Source: an uncultured Christensenellaceae bacterium (GTDB lineage Bacteria > Bacillota > Clostridia > Christensenellales > Borkfalkiaceae). From it: a stretch of DNA of 64,000 bases. The notes beneath the pieces are model-generated. The model saw nothing but the letters and a program-made list of their open reading frames with translations. It was not told the DNA's origin and did no database searches. The stretch is from NCBI GenBank assembly GCA_910588695.1, contig CAJUOV010000008.1:19254-83253 (forward strand). The letters are read 5' to 3'. Positions 18,823 through 28,157 of this stretch are shown here, in pieces. A program made the translations under genes and the position numbers. The number at the start of each line of letters is the position of its first letter. Within the stretch, counting starts at the first letter, position 1.

Positions 18823-20487
18823 TTATTCCAAAGAAAGCAGATAATAATACACAGGCTGACCGCCGTAATGACAATCCACATCGCAATCCGAGAACGCCTC
18901 CTGCACTTTCTCGGCAAGCGCCTCCGCATCCGACTCTTCGACACCTTCGCCGTAGTAGAGCGTAATGACTTCGTGATAATCCTCTTTGAGCTTTTCGATC
19001 AGTTTGAGAACGGCTTCGCTGACGTTATCTTTCTTATCTTTGTCGCTCTTGGCGAGAATCTTTTTGTCGTCCAGACCGATGATGTCGCCCTCGTTGATTT
19101 TGAATCCGTTGACGTTCGTCGTGCGCACTGCGTGGGTGATCTGTCCCGATTTTACATTGTCAAGCGCATGGATCATGTTGGTTTTGTTTTCTTCCACGCT
19201 CGCCTCGGGGCTGAACGCGAGCGCGGCGGCAAAGCCCTGCGGGATGTTTTTGGTCGGGATAACGTGAATAATGCGGTTTTCCACAAGCGCGCGCGCCTGT
19301 TCCGCCGCAAGAATAATGTTTTTATTGTTCGGAAACACAAAAACGTGCTCCGCATTGATCTTTTGCACCGCCGTCGCAATGTCGGAAGCGGAGGGATTCA
19401 TCGTCTGTCCCCCTTTGATCACGCGATCCACAAAGAGATCTTTGAAAATCTCTTCGATCCCGTCGCCCGCGCAGACGGCAAGCATGCCCTGATCTTTCTT
19501 TTCCGCCTCGCGCTTTGCTCTGAGCGCGCGATTTTGTTCGAGCATATTTTCGATTTTAGGTCGGTCGAGTTCCCCGAGTTCGAGCGCATAGGTGAGCGCA
19601 ACCCCCGGACAATTCGTGTGAACGTGAACTTTGACCATCTCCAAATCGCCGATACAGATCACGCTGTCGCCGATCCCCATAAGATTCTCGCGTAATTTAT
19701 CGATATCGGCGAGCGTTGTGCTCTTTTTGAGGTTGATGATAAAAAATTCGGTACAGTAGGCGAACTGTATTTCGCCCAGATCCATGTTGATAATATCGGA
19801 ATTATCGTCAAATTCGGAGGAACTTGCGGAATTGGCGGCTTCCGTCTGTACTTCGGAGACAATCTCGTCGCCCATCAGCGCCGCCAAAAATCCGCGCATG
19901 ATCGTCATGAGACCAACGCCGCCCGAATCCACGACGCCCGCTTTTTTCAACACGGGCAACAGCTCGGGAGTCATTGCAAGCGCCTTGTCTCCGGCTTCTA
20001 TGATCGCAGGCAAAAAAGTCTCGAAATCTTTATGTTTCCCTGCGGATTTGACCGCAAACTCGCTCATCATGCGCACGACCGTCAAAATCGTACCCTCTTT
20101 GGGAATCGCTACGGCGTTGTAAGCGACTTTTGTGCCGGCTTCGAGCGCCTTGGCAAACGTTTTCGTATCGATACTATCCTGTCTGTTCTCGCGCAAAACA
20201 GAACAGATCCCTCTGAAAATCTGAGAAAGAATAACGCCGGAATTTCCTCTTGCGCCCTTCAAGGCTCCCTTCGAAACACAATCGCAAACATCGGAAAATC
20301 CGTTGTTCGAGCACGCCGACAGTTCTTTCACCGCCGACTGAATCGTAAGCGACATATTCGTGCCCGTATCGCCGTCGGGAACGGGAAACACGTTGAGCGC
20401 GTCTACCTTCGCCCGATTATTATCAAGCATTTTCGCGCCGACTAAAACCATTTTGCGGAAAGTCGCGCAATTTATCGTTTTCTGCAT
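18823..20487 (-). CDS. yloV: DAK2-domain fusion protein YloV
   Basis: N-terminal Dak2-like domain (NVFPVPDGDTGTNM) and a C-terminal DegV-like half. It keeps the conserved position between asp23/yloU and recG. Confidence 0.85.
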   Translation of the reverse strand: MQKTINCATFRKMVLVGAKMLDNNRAKVDALNVFPVPDGDTGTNMSLTIQSAVKELSACSNNGFSDVCDCVSKGALKGARGNSGVILSQIFRGICSVLRENRQDSIDTKTFAKALEAGTKVAYNAVAIPKEGTILTVVRMMSEFAVKSAGKHKDFETFLPAIIEAGDKALAMTPELLPVLKKAGVVDSGGVGLMTIMRGFLAALMGDEIVSEVQTEAANSASSSEFDDNSDIINMDLGEIQFAYCTEFFIINLKKSTTLADIDKLRENLMGIGDSVICIGDLEMVKVHVHTNCPGVALTYALELGELDRPKIENMLEQNRALRAKREAEKKDQGMLAVCAGDGIEEIFKDLFVDRVIKGGQTMNPSASDIATAVQKINAEHVFVFPNNKNIILAAEQARALVENRIIHVIPTKNIPQGFAAALAFSPEASVEENKTNMIHALDNVKSGQITHAVRTTNVNGFKINEGDIIGLDDKKILAKSDKDKKDNVSEAVLKLIEKLKEDYHEVITLYYGEGVEESDAEALAEKVQEAFSDCDVDCHYGGQPVYYYLLSLE

Positions 20488-20529
20488 GGAATGCTCCTAA
20501 TATTTGAAATGAATACGCGGAGACGAGAG

Positions 20530-20880
20530 TTAAAGTTTCAAACCGACGATGTTGACGTTTACGGTGTCGACGATCATACCCGTAAAGTGCTCCACCTTAT
20601 ACTTTACCGATTCTTTCAATGCCTCGGCAACAGCCTCGATGGAAACGCCGTATTTAATTAAAACGTATACATCGATAAAAATTCGGTTTCCGGACGTAAT
20701 GATTTTTACGCCTTTGCCTCCCGCGTCTCGTTTGAGTAATTCGGCAAGCGTATCGGTAAAACGGCGGGAAACGGTATCTACGATCCCGTAACTTTCCACC
20801 GCAGCCTGAGACGCGACCTTTGCGATCGCAAGGTCGGAGATTGAAATTTTTCCGTAAGCGTTGCTCGTGCTGACCGACAT
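20530..20880 (-). CDS. Asp23/Gls24-family envelope-stress protein (YloU-like)
   Basis: 116 aa with GKISISDLAIAKVA...SYGIV, typical of the Asp23 family. Synteny with yloV supports the call. Confidence 0.85.
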   Translation of the reverse strand: MSVSTSNAYGKISISDLAIAKVASQAAVESYGIVDTVSRRFTDTLAELLKRDAGGKGVKIITSGNRIFIDVYVLIKYGVSIEAVAEALKESVKYKVEHFTGMIVDTVNVNIVGLKL

Positions 20881-21096
20881 ATACAGCTCCCCTAATTATC
20901 TATTCTATATTCTACCCTATATGCAAACTTTTTGCAAGCGATATTTGAAAAAAATTAGCGATTTTACAAAAAAATGCGCTTTTCACCCGCTATTTTAATT
21001 GCTTTTTTTTCCCCGAAATGGTATCATATTGCCGTTGATATGCGCGAAGGCTTTTTTCGCGCCCGAAAATGATTATTTCCTGCGGAGGTGAAAAAT

Positions 21097-21285
21097 ATGT
21101 CGAGAGTATGCAGCGTTTGCGGTAAAGGACAGGTGGCGGGCAACAACGTTTCCCACTCCCATCGCAAAACGAAGAGAACGTTTCAGGCAAACGTACAGAA
21201 AGTAACTTATAAAAAAGACGGAAAAGCGGTCAACGACTACGTCTGCGCAAGATGCCTGAAAAGCGATAAAGTAGAAAGAATCTGA
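21097..21285 (+). CDS. rpmB: 50S ribosomal protein L28 (Cys-containing form)
   Basis: [36 protein letters not shown]...[16 protein letters not shown] at 21097 after GGAGGTG. Confidence 0.95.
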   Translation: MSRVCSVCGKGQVAGNNVSHSHRKTKRTFQANVQKVTYKKDGKAVNDYVCARCLKSDKVERI

Positions 21286-21295
21286 AAAACAAAAA

Positions 21296-21326
21296 AAGAC
21301 CTGTGCTTGCACAGGTCTTTTATTTT
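21296..21326. terminator. Bidirectional terminator (rpmB / dipeptidase)
   Basis: gacctgt-gcttgc-acaggtc with an A-run upstream and TTTTATTTT downstream. Confidence 0.7.
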
Positions 21327-22237
21327 GCGGAAAACACTCGTAAAAAGTTAGAGTACGCAAACTTTTCCGTCCGCCCGATCCCGAACTCCTCTTCCAGAAG
21401 CGAAAGAAAATCTGGAACGTAAGCCGGATTTTTCAGATAAGGATTTTCAGGCATTCCGTCGAAGTCGCTTCCGATCGCAAGGCAGTCCTCTCCGCCCGCG
21501 TTCACGATCGCCCGCGCGTGGGCAAGAAGAGCGCTCCTCTGCCCATCCGCAGTCGGATCGGCGGAAAGGAAGTCGGCGCAGAAACAGAGCCCGACCACGC
21601 CGCCGTGATCGGCGATAAGACGGATCCCCTCGTCCGAAAGATTGCGCGGACAGTCGTAAACCGTTCTTGCAGCCGAATGACTTGCGACGAAGGGTTTATT
21701 CGAACAGGCCGCAACGTCCTTTACAAGACAATCGCTGCCGTGCGACACGTCCACGATCATACCGAGCTCATTCATCGCTTCTACGCATTCGAACCCGAAC
21801 GGCTTTAACCCGCGCTCTTCTTCGCGCTCGAAAAAGCTCCGCTTTCCCGCAAGCAATCCTTCGTAATCGGGAAAAGCGGGAAAACCGATCTCATTTTCGT
21901 AATTCCAGACAAGGGTCGCCATGCCGACCCCTCGGCGGGAGAGCACGGCAAGATTTTCGATCGATCCTTCGATCGCCTCCCCGCCCTCGACGGTGAGAAG
22001 CGCGTTGACGCCCGCGCCGAGTTCCTCTGCGCTCCGCACCCGATTGATCTTTTCCCGCTTACAGAATTCTTCGAAAGAATCGGCGAGAGCGACCGCCTGA
22101 CGAAACCCGCCCCGCCTCGAAGAGACGAACGCCGCAAAGCATTGCAAAAAGCACCCGCCCTCTTCGAGCCGTACTTTCGTAATTTGCGTATCTTCTCCCG
22201 CAGTAAGCGTATCGGCGTGTAAATCACAGTATTTCAT
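21320..22237 (-). CDS. Membrane dipeptidase, peptidase family M19
   Basis: N-terminal DLHADT, then DVSH and SDFDG motifs typical of renal-dipeptidase-family metallohydrolases. Confidence 0.8.
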   Translation of the reverse strand: MKYCDLHADTLTAGEDTQITKVRLEEGGCFLQCFAAFVSSRRGGFRQAVALADSFEEFCKREKINRVRSAEELGAGVNALLTVEGGEAIEGSIENLAVLSRRGVGMATLVWNYENEIGFPAFPDYEGLLAGKRSFFEREEERGLKPFGFECVEAMNELGMIVDVSHGSDCLVKDVAACSNKPFVASHSAARTVYDCPRNLSDEGIRLIADHGGVVGLCFCADFLSADPTADGQRSALLAHARAIVNAGGEDCLAIGSDFDGMPENPYLKNPAYVPDFLSLLEEEFGIGRTEKFAYSNFLRVFSAK

Positions 22238-22316
22238 AGACTATCCCTTGTAAAAGATTTTCAGAAACCGTCTTATCAGATAGGGCGGTTTTACGCAGAT
22301 AATCAAGAGCGCCTCC

Positions 22317-22913
22317 TCATTCATTCACGAATACCAGAACTTTTCCCTCCGCCGTAAAACTCGCCTCGTCTTGGGTCACCACGTTTGAAATGCCGATTGT
22401 GGAGCCGTAGAAAAAAGTTCGGGGCATCGGGTAATAAAATCCTTCACAATCCATAATATGCGCGTTTCCGCCGAAAGGTGTTACGGAAACCGTTTTTCCC
22501 TTCATTCCTCTTAAAACAATTTTGCCTTCCGCCGCAAAAATACGCGAATAATTCGTGATCAGCGCAGCGTTTGCTCCTAGCTCGCAAGCCTTAAAAAGCA
22601 AATGCAGATTCCCGATAAAATGATCTTCTCTTCTGCCGCCGCCCCCGTAAATCTCAATTTCTCCATAACCCGCCCGTATCGCCCGCATAAGCGCAAGCTC
22701 GCCGTCCGTATAATCCTTTTCGCTCGGATATATTTCGGAGGGCGCAGGAGAGGGAATCTCGTTCAGAGAATCGTAATCCCCCAAATTTTCATCGATTCTG
22801 ACTTTTTCTTTTGCCCAAGCGTATGCGCCGTCGCAACAGTACACATGCGCACGCGAGGCGTCTATCTTGCCCTTATACGGCTCGCCGTTGAGCAGAATGA
22901 TTGCCGTTTTCAA
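22317..22913 (-). CDS. thiN: Thiamine diphosphokinase
   Basis: About 200 aa with an LNG start region and DGA...D.DS pattern. It keeps the conserved position downstream of rpe, as B. subtilis yloS does. Confidence 0.75.
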   Translation of the reverse strand: MKTAIILLNGEPYKGKIDASRAHVYCCDGAYAWAKEKVRIDENLGDYDSLNEIPSPAPSEIYPSEKDYTDGELALMRAIRAGYGEIEIYGGGGRREDHFIGNLHLLFKACELGANAALITNYSRIFAAEGKIVLRGMKGKTVSVTPFGGNAHIMDCEGFYYPMPRTFFYGSTIGISNVVTQDEASFTAEGKVLVFVNE

Positions 22914-23563
22914 CCCCGCAACCTCTCGATCGTTTTTTTCATATCGCCCGAGCGGAATACCGCGCTTCCCGCCACGATCACATTGGCGCCCGCCGCGATA
23001 ACATTTTTAACATTCTCCTCGGCGACGCCCCCGTCAACCTCGATGTCAAACTCGGGAAACCCGTTTTTTTCACAAAAAGAACGCAATTTTTCCAAACGGG
23101 GAAGAGTTCCGGCAATAAATTTCTGTCCGCCGTATCCGGGGAATACGCTCATGACAAGAACCATGTCGCAAAACGGAACACAGTCGAATATTTCTTCAAC
23201 CGAGGTATCGGGATTGACGACCGCTCCGCACTTCATGCCGAGCGATCTGATTTTTTTCAGATTCTCGTTGAGATTTTTTCGGCAGGCTTCATAGTGAATC
23301 GTTACAAAATCCGCGCCCGCCTTTTTGAACTCTTCGAAGTGCGTCTCGGGATGTTCGACCATGAGATGACAGTCGAGCGGCAGAGACGTATGCGGACGGA
23401 TCGACGCTACCATCTGGTGCCCGAAGGTAATCGGCGGCACGAAATTCCCGTCCATTACGTCGCAATGAATATAATCGGCACCCGCCCGTTCGAGCTTTCC
23501 GACGTTTTCTCCCATACGGGAAAAATCGCTCGCAAGAATGCTCGGCGCAATTTTAATTTTCAT
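22910..23563 (-). CDS. rpe: Ribulose-phosphate 3-epimerase
   Basis: MKIKIAPSILASDF...HCDVMDG.FVP..TFG...HLMV, the canonical Rpe motifs. Confidence 0.95.
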   Translation of the reverse strand: MKIKIAPSILASDFSRMGENVGKLERAGADYIHCDVMDGNFVPPITFGHQMVASIRPHTSLPLDCHLMVEHPETHFEEFKKAGADFVTIHYEACRKNLNENLKKIRSLGMKCGAVVNPDTSVEEIFDCVPFCDMVLVMSVFPGYGGQKFIAGTLPRLEKLRSFCEKNGFPEFDIEVDGGVAEENVKNVIAAGANVIVAGSAVFRSGDMKKTIERLRG

Positions 23564-24608
23564 TTTTGCACTCCTTATCTTTCAAATAAGCATTTCTAAG
23601 CTGTCCGCAAGCGCCGCCGATGTCCGACCCGAGGCTGCGGCGCAAAGTCGCGGAAACGCCGTTTTTTTCCAGCACGCCCAAAAATCGATACGCCTCTTTT
23701 TCGTCCGCCGCGGCAAGCGCGCGTTCCTTGACCTCGTTCAAACGGATCAGATTGACGTGACAGGGTTTCCCTTTGACGAGAGCGGCAAGCGCTTCCGCAT
23801 GTTCCCTGTCGCAGTTTTCGCCTGCGATCAGAGTGTATTCAAAGATATATCTTCTTCCCGTCTTTTCAAAATAACAGGCGCACGCCTCCATGATCTCGGG
23901 AATGGAATATGCGTTTGCGACAGGCATGACCCTTCTGCGCTCCCCGTCGGATGAAGCGTGAAGAGATACGGTCAGATTGACGGGCAGCCCCTCGTTGGCA
24001 AACCGCCTTATCTCGGGCACAAGTCCGCAGGTCGAAAGGCTTATATTACGGGGCGAAATACAAATTCCGCCCTCTGCCGAAACATTTCTCAAAAATCTGA
24101 CGACGTTGTCGTAATTATCAAAAGGTTCTCCGCTGCCCATTAAAACAACGTTTGTGACCGCTCTTTCTTTGAGAGTTCCTCCCTCGGCGCGGTTGACGGC
24201 AAGAATCTGCCCCAAAATTTCGCCCGCAGACAGATTACGCACCAATCCATTCAGCGTGGACGCGCAGAACTTGCACCCCATGCGGCAACCTACCTGCGTG
24301 GAGACGCACTGCGTGTTTCCGTATTTATAGCGCATGAATACGCCCTCGATCAGATTCCCGTCCGCAAGCTCGAAGAGAAACTTTTTCGTACCGTCTTCGC
24401 GCGATACAAAAGTCTCTTTGATTTTAACGGGTTCGTCTTCGAACTCCTCCGAAAGCGCGTTTCTTAACGCCGCGGATACGGGAATTTCACTCAACCGTTT
24501 TCCCTGCATGAGCCCCTCAAAGAGCTGCTGCGAACGGAATTTTTTCTCTCCGTGTTCCTCTACGAGCTTTTCGATCTCTTCCCGCGAAAGATCCTGCAAG
24601 ATTTTCAT
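23553..24608 (-). CDS. rlmN: 23S rRNA/tRNA adenine-C2 methyltransferase RlmN (radical SAM)
   Basis: GCRMGCKFCAST radical-SAM cluster motif, LMGSGEP, and a C-terminal catalytic Cys region (GSDIGGACGQL). Confidence 0.9.
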   Translation of the reverse strand: MKILQDLSREEIEKLVEEHGEKKFRSQQLFEGLMQGKRLSEIPVSAALRNALSEEFEDEPVKIKETFVSREDGTKKFLFELADGNLIEGVFMRYKYGNTQCVSTQVGCRMGCKFCASTLNGLVRNLSAGEILGQILAVNRAEGGTLKERAVTNVVLMGSGEPFDNYDNVVRFLRNVSAEGGICISPRNISLSTCGLVPEIRRFANEGLPVNLTVSLHASSDGERRRVMPVANAYSIPEIMEACACYFEKTGRRYIFEYTLIAGENCDREHAEALAALVKGKPCHVNLIRLNEVKERALAAADEKEAYRFLGVLEKNGVSATLRRSLGSDIGGACGQLRNAYLKDKECKNEN

Positions 24609-25564
24609 TTATTCGCCGCCCGTAACAATTCACAGAAAACCGTATCTATCGCAGTTTCCGAGGGAATATGCCCCTCTCCTTCGCCGACGATATACTTCAA
24701 ATTCTCTTTATTCAATCCGTCGAACAATGTTATAACGTCTTTGACGGGCGTGACCAAATCGCACGTGCCGCCGTACACCGTATAGCTCGCTTCGATACTT
24801 TCGAATTTTTCTCTTAAATCGATTTTACTCAGTTCTTTCAAAAGCGAACGATTATGACGGTAATCGTTTACAAAACATGCCAATGCGTCGCGAAAGCTGT
24901 AATCCTTGCTTGCAAAAATCTCTTTGACGGGATTCTTCGCTCGACTCTTTTTCATACCGTAAGCGTCGGTATATTTGCGCGCCGCCTTGGAAACCGACAT
25001 GATTTGCTTCTCCGTTTTTTCTTGCGTTCCACGGATAATTTTCAGCTGCGCTTTGACTTTGCGCGGCGCGGAAGAGCGTTCGATCGCCGCAAAGAACTCG
25101 TCGGAACCAAGAGGCGGCAACAAGACCTGCCCCGCAGTCAGAACACCGTCGATCAGTTCGGGAACGGAAAGCGCAGCTTCGAGCGCGAGAATACTGCCCC
25201 AGCTTATCCCGAAAAGAAAGAGTTTTTCATCGGGAAAACGATTCTTTATGTAGCGCACCAGCTCTGCCGTCATTGAGGAAAACGATGCGATCGTAAAAGA
25301 ATCGTCTATTTTCCGGCGATTGATTCCGCAACCGAGCTGATCCCAATACACCGCGGTAAAATTTTTTGTGATCTGCGGAAAACACCCGCGCGCGCCTACG
25401 CAAAAGGGAATATTGAATCCGGGACCGCCGTGCAAAAAGAGCACGACGGGGTTTCCGCGTTTTTCACCCTCGATCGCAATTTTCTGTTTGAATCCGCCGA
25501 GCGTTACCTCCGCGATCTCGGAAATTTCACAATTTTCGATATACTTTTTTCTTTCTTTATTCAT
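24605..25564 (-). CDS. Alpha/beta hydrolase (proline-iminopeptidase-like)
   Basis: LFLHGGPG oxyanion region and a GISWGS nucleophile elbow. It has 4-nt overlaps with both neighbours. Confidence 0.7.
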   Translation of the reverse strand: MNKERKKYIENCEISEIAEVTLGGFKQKIAIEGEKRGNPVVLFLHGGPGFNIPFCVGARGCFPQITKNFTAVYWDQLGCGINRRKIDDSFTIASFSSMTAELVRYIKNRFPDEKLFLFGISWGSILALEAALSVPELIDGVLTAGQVLLPPLGSDEFFAAIERSSAPRKVKAQLKIIRGTQEKTEKQIMSVSKAARKYTDAYGMKKSRAKNPVKEIFASKDYSFRDALACFVNDYRHNRSLLKELSKIDLREKFESIEASYTVYGGTCDLVTPVKDVITLFDGLNKENLKYIVGEGEGHIPSETAIDTVFCELLRAANK

Positions 25565-26781
25565 TTCTTTTTCCTCAATTTCGAAATATAGAATCCTGCG
25601 CCGTATGCGGTGTCGGGCAAAAACTGCAACCCGTACTTCTTTTTTACAAAGTCGAGAGGACTTTTCGGTTCTTCCGCATCGAAATCATGATGTTCCATCA
25701 GAAAGGCTTCTACAATCCTGTCGTTTTCCCTCTCCAAGACCGAACAGGTCGCATAATACAGACAACCGCCCCGTTTGACATAGCGAGAACAGTTTTCGAG
25801 AATCGCGGTCTGCGTTCGGTGCAGAGAAGAAAAATCGCGTTCCCGCAAGGCAATATCCGGATTTTCGGTCAACGTTCCCAGCCCCGAACAGGGAACGTCG
25901 CACAAAACGCCGTCGAACGATTCCGCCCATTCGGAACGGAACAACGAAGAGTCCGACTGTAACGGAACAACGTTTTCCGCCCCCATGCGTTTGCAATAAG
26001 ATTCGACGAGCCCGACACGGTGCTCATGGAGATCGCACGCCGTCACACGCTCGCATTTCTTTGCGATCAGCACGCTCTTTCCGCCGGGGGCGGCGCAAGC
26101 GTCGAGAAAATTCGCGCACGGTTCGACTGCGGAAGCAACTGCGACCGAGCCGACCGACTGAAAGGTATAGTCTCCCCGAAAAAATCCCTCGTCCCGCGTA
26201 AAGTTTTCAAAACAGTACACACGATCAAACGGCGTATCCCGATGAGGCAGCGATAAATATTTTTCTTCGTTCCGCTCGAAACGTACCGTAACGCCCGCGC
26301 TCGAAGCGAACAAAATGTTCTCCGCCCTGCCGCCGTATTCCCGCACGATTTCTTCCACCGCGTCAATCGGATAATTGCTTTTGATCGAAAGTCCCGCATT
26401 GCCCGAAGGCAGTACGATCTTCTTCTCGTCGAACCTGCGCAGGAACGCGTTCGCAAAACCCGCCGCGCCGCCTTTGCCGAGCCGTTTCAAAAGCTCAACC
26501 GCCTTATCCGTAACCAAATATCTCGGCTTTTCAAGCGAAATCAACCAATACAGCGCGATTTTCAAAACAATTCTGACGCTCTGTTTGGGACTCTTCGGCG
26601 CGAACGAGCGAATACAGTGCGAAAGATAAGCGTCCCGTTCCAACACCCCGTAGACCGTTTTCACGGTGCGCGCGCGGGTATCCTCTTCCAAATCCGTCTC
26701 TGCAAGCGCGATTTTAAGGTGCGCGCCCGCGCCGTAAATTTTCGAAAGCACCCTGTACGGGTCATAAAACGGGTTCGTCAA
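25561..26781 (-). CDS. rsmB: 16S rRNA (cytosine-C5)-methyltransferase RsmB/Sun
   Basis: NusB-like N-terminal part and a SAM-methyltransferase core (DACAAPGGKS, DVPCSGLGT, YATCS). Confidence 0.9.
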   Translation of the reverse strand: MTNPFYDPYRVLSKIYGAGAHLKIALAETDLEEDTRARTVKTVYGVLERDAYLSHCIRSFAPKSPKQSVRIVLKIALYWLISLEKPRYLVTDKAVELLKRLGKGGAAGFANAFLRRFDEKKIVLPSGNAGLSIKSNYPIDAVEEIVREYGGRAENILFASSAGVTVRFERNEEKYLSLPHRDTPFDRVYCFENFTRDEGFFRGDYTFQSVGSVAVASAVEPCANFLDACAAPGGKSVLIAKKCERVTACDLHEHRVGLVESYCKRMGAENVVPLQSDSSLFRSEWAESFDGVLCDVPCSGLGTLTENPDIALRERDFSSLHRTQTAILENCSRYVKRGGCLYYATCSVLERENDRIVEAFLMEHHDFDAEEPKSPLDFVKKKYGLQFLPDTAYGAGFYISKLRKKK

Positions 26782-27688
26782 AACGCTGCCCCTTTTGCAC
26801 TTTTCTTCCGTTGCAGAAATCCTTGCCCGACATGACCTTTCCGCCCGCGGGCTGTACGGAGAGGATGCGCACCGCGCCCTCTTTGCACTTTACAAGAAAC
26901 CCCGTCTTCGGCTCGGCGCAAAGCACTGTCCCGCAGGGCTCTTCCCCGTCGTAATCTTCCGCCTGCGCCATATAAAAGTTGAGCGTAATTCCCCCGACCG
27001 TGCCGAAAGCGAGCGGCGCAGACGAAAGCCCGCGGATCAGACAAGCGACCTCTTCCGCCCGCCGCGAAAAATCGACTTGCGTGCGCGCGACTTTTTTGCA
27101 GACGAATCCCTCGCCCTGCATCGCAAGCGTTACGTCCCCCGCTTGGATTCTTAAAACCGCCTCCGCAATCAGTTTCGCCCCGAGAAGCGCAAGCCTGCCC
27201 GTGAGCGCGTCGCAGCTGTCAAGCGGGAAAATTTCCATTCTTTCGGCAAGAAAGATATCCCCCGTATCCAATCCGACGTCCGTTTTCATGATCGTCACGC
27301 CCGTCGTTTTCTCCCCGTCGATGATCGCCCGCGCGATGGGCGCCGCGCCGCGGTAGGCGGGCAGAAGCGACGCATGCACGTTCCACACACCCATGGGAAA
27401 AAGATCGAGAATTTCCTGCGTCAATATCTGTCCGTAAGCGCAAGTGACCATAAGATCCGCACCTGCCTCTTTTAGAGCGGAATAATCCTCTTTGAGCTTT
27501 TGGGGCTGCAAGACGGGTATATTCAGGTTTTGCGCCGCCTCTTTAACGGGCGAAGGCGTCAAAATCCCCTTTCTGCCCTGCGGCTTATCGGGTTGGGTCA
27601 GAACGGCAGCAATCTCGAATCCCGCCGCATGCAACGCGTTGAGCGAGGGCACGGCGAATTCGGGCGTGCCCGCAAAGACAAGTTTCAT
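26762..27688 (-). CDS. fmt: Methionyl-tRNA formyltransferase
   Basis: MKLVFAGTPEFAVPSL, then HASLLP.YRGAAPI (SLLP motif). Confidence 0.95.
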   Translation of the reverse strand: MKLVFAGTPEFAVPSLNALHAAGFEIAAVLTQPDKPQGRKGILTPSPVKEAAQNLNIPVLQPQKLKEDYSALKEAGADLMVTCAYGQILTQEILDLFPMGVWNVHASLLPAYRGAAPIARAIIDGEKTTGVTIMKTDVGLDTGDIFLAERMEIFPLDSCDALTGRLALLGAKLIAEAVLRIQAGDVTLAMQGEGFVCKKVARTQVDFSRRAEEVACLIRGLSSAPLAFGTVGGITLNFYMAQAEDYDGEEPCGTVLCAEPKTGFLVKCKEGAVRILSVQPAGGKVMSGKDFCNGRKVQKGQRFDEPVL

Positions 27689-28147
27689 TTAATCCTCCGA
27701 ATCTCGCACGTCCGTCGCCTTGTCCGTATAGACAATTCCGTCGAGATGATCGAACTCGTGGCAGATCGCCCGCGCAAAAAAACCGCGCGCGACAAGAGAG
27801 TATTTATCCCCCTTTCTGTTCTGAAAGATCACCTTTACTTTTTCGGGACGGCGCACCGTGCCCATCTTTCCGCGAATGGAGAGACACCCCTCGGGACCCA
27901 CCTGTTCCCCTTTCTGCCAGACGAACACGGGGTTGATAAATTCGAAAAATCCTTCCTCCACATCCACCACCGCGACGCGGACAGGAACGCCCACCTGCGG
28001 CGCGGCAAGTCCCGCGCCGCGCTCTTTGCGCACGGTTTCTTTCAAATCGTCGAGAAGAGCATTTAATTCCCTGTCAAATCTTGTGACCGGTTTACAGGTC
28101 TCCCTTAAAACGGGATCGCCGATCTGTACGACTTCTCTTATCATCAT
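27689..28147 (-). CDS. def: Peptide deformylase
   Basis: GAGLAAPQVG, EGCLS and HEFDHLDG, the three PDF motifs. Confidence 0.95.
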   Translation of the reverse strand: MMIREVVQIGDPVLRETCKPVTRFDRELNALLDDLKETVRKERGAGLAAPQVGVPVRVAVVDVEEGFFEFINPVFVWQKGEQVGPEGCLSIRGKMGTVRRPEKVKVIFQNRKGDKYSLVARGFFARAICHEFDHLDGIVYTDKATDVRDSED

Positions 28148-28157
28148 GATCTCCTTT

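Noticed and set aside
21041-21061. Hairpin gcgcgaa-ggctttt-ttcgcgc in the rpmB leader as a ribosomal-protein autoregulatory element
   Set aside because: It is a single short stem, and I know of no L28 leader motif to compare it with. There is insufficient evidence.
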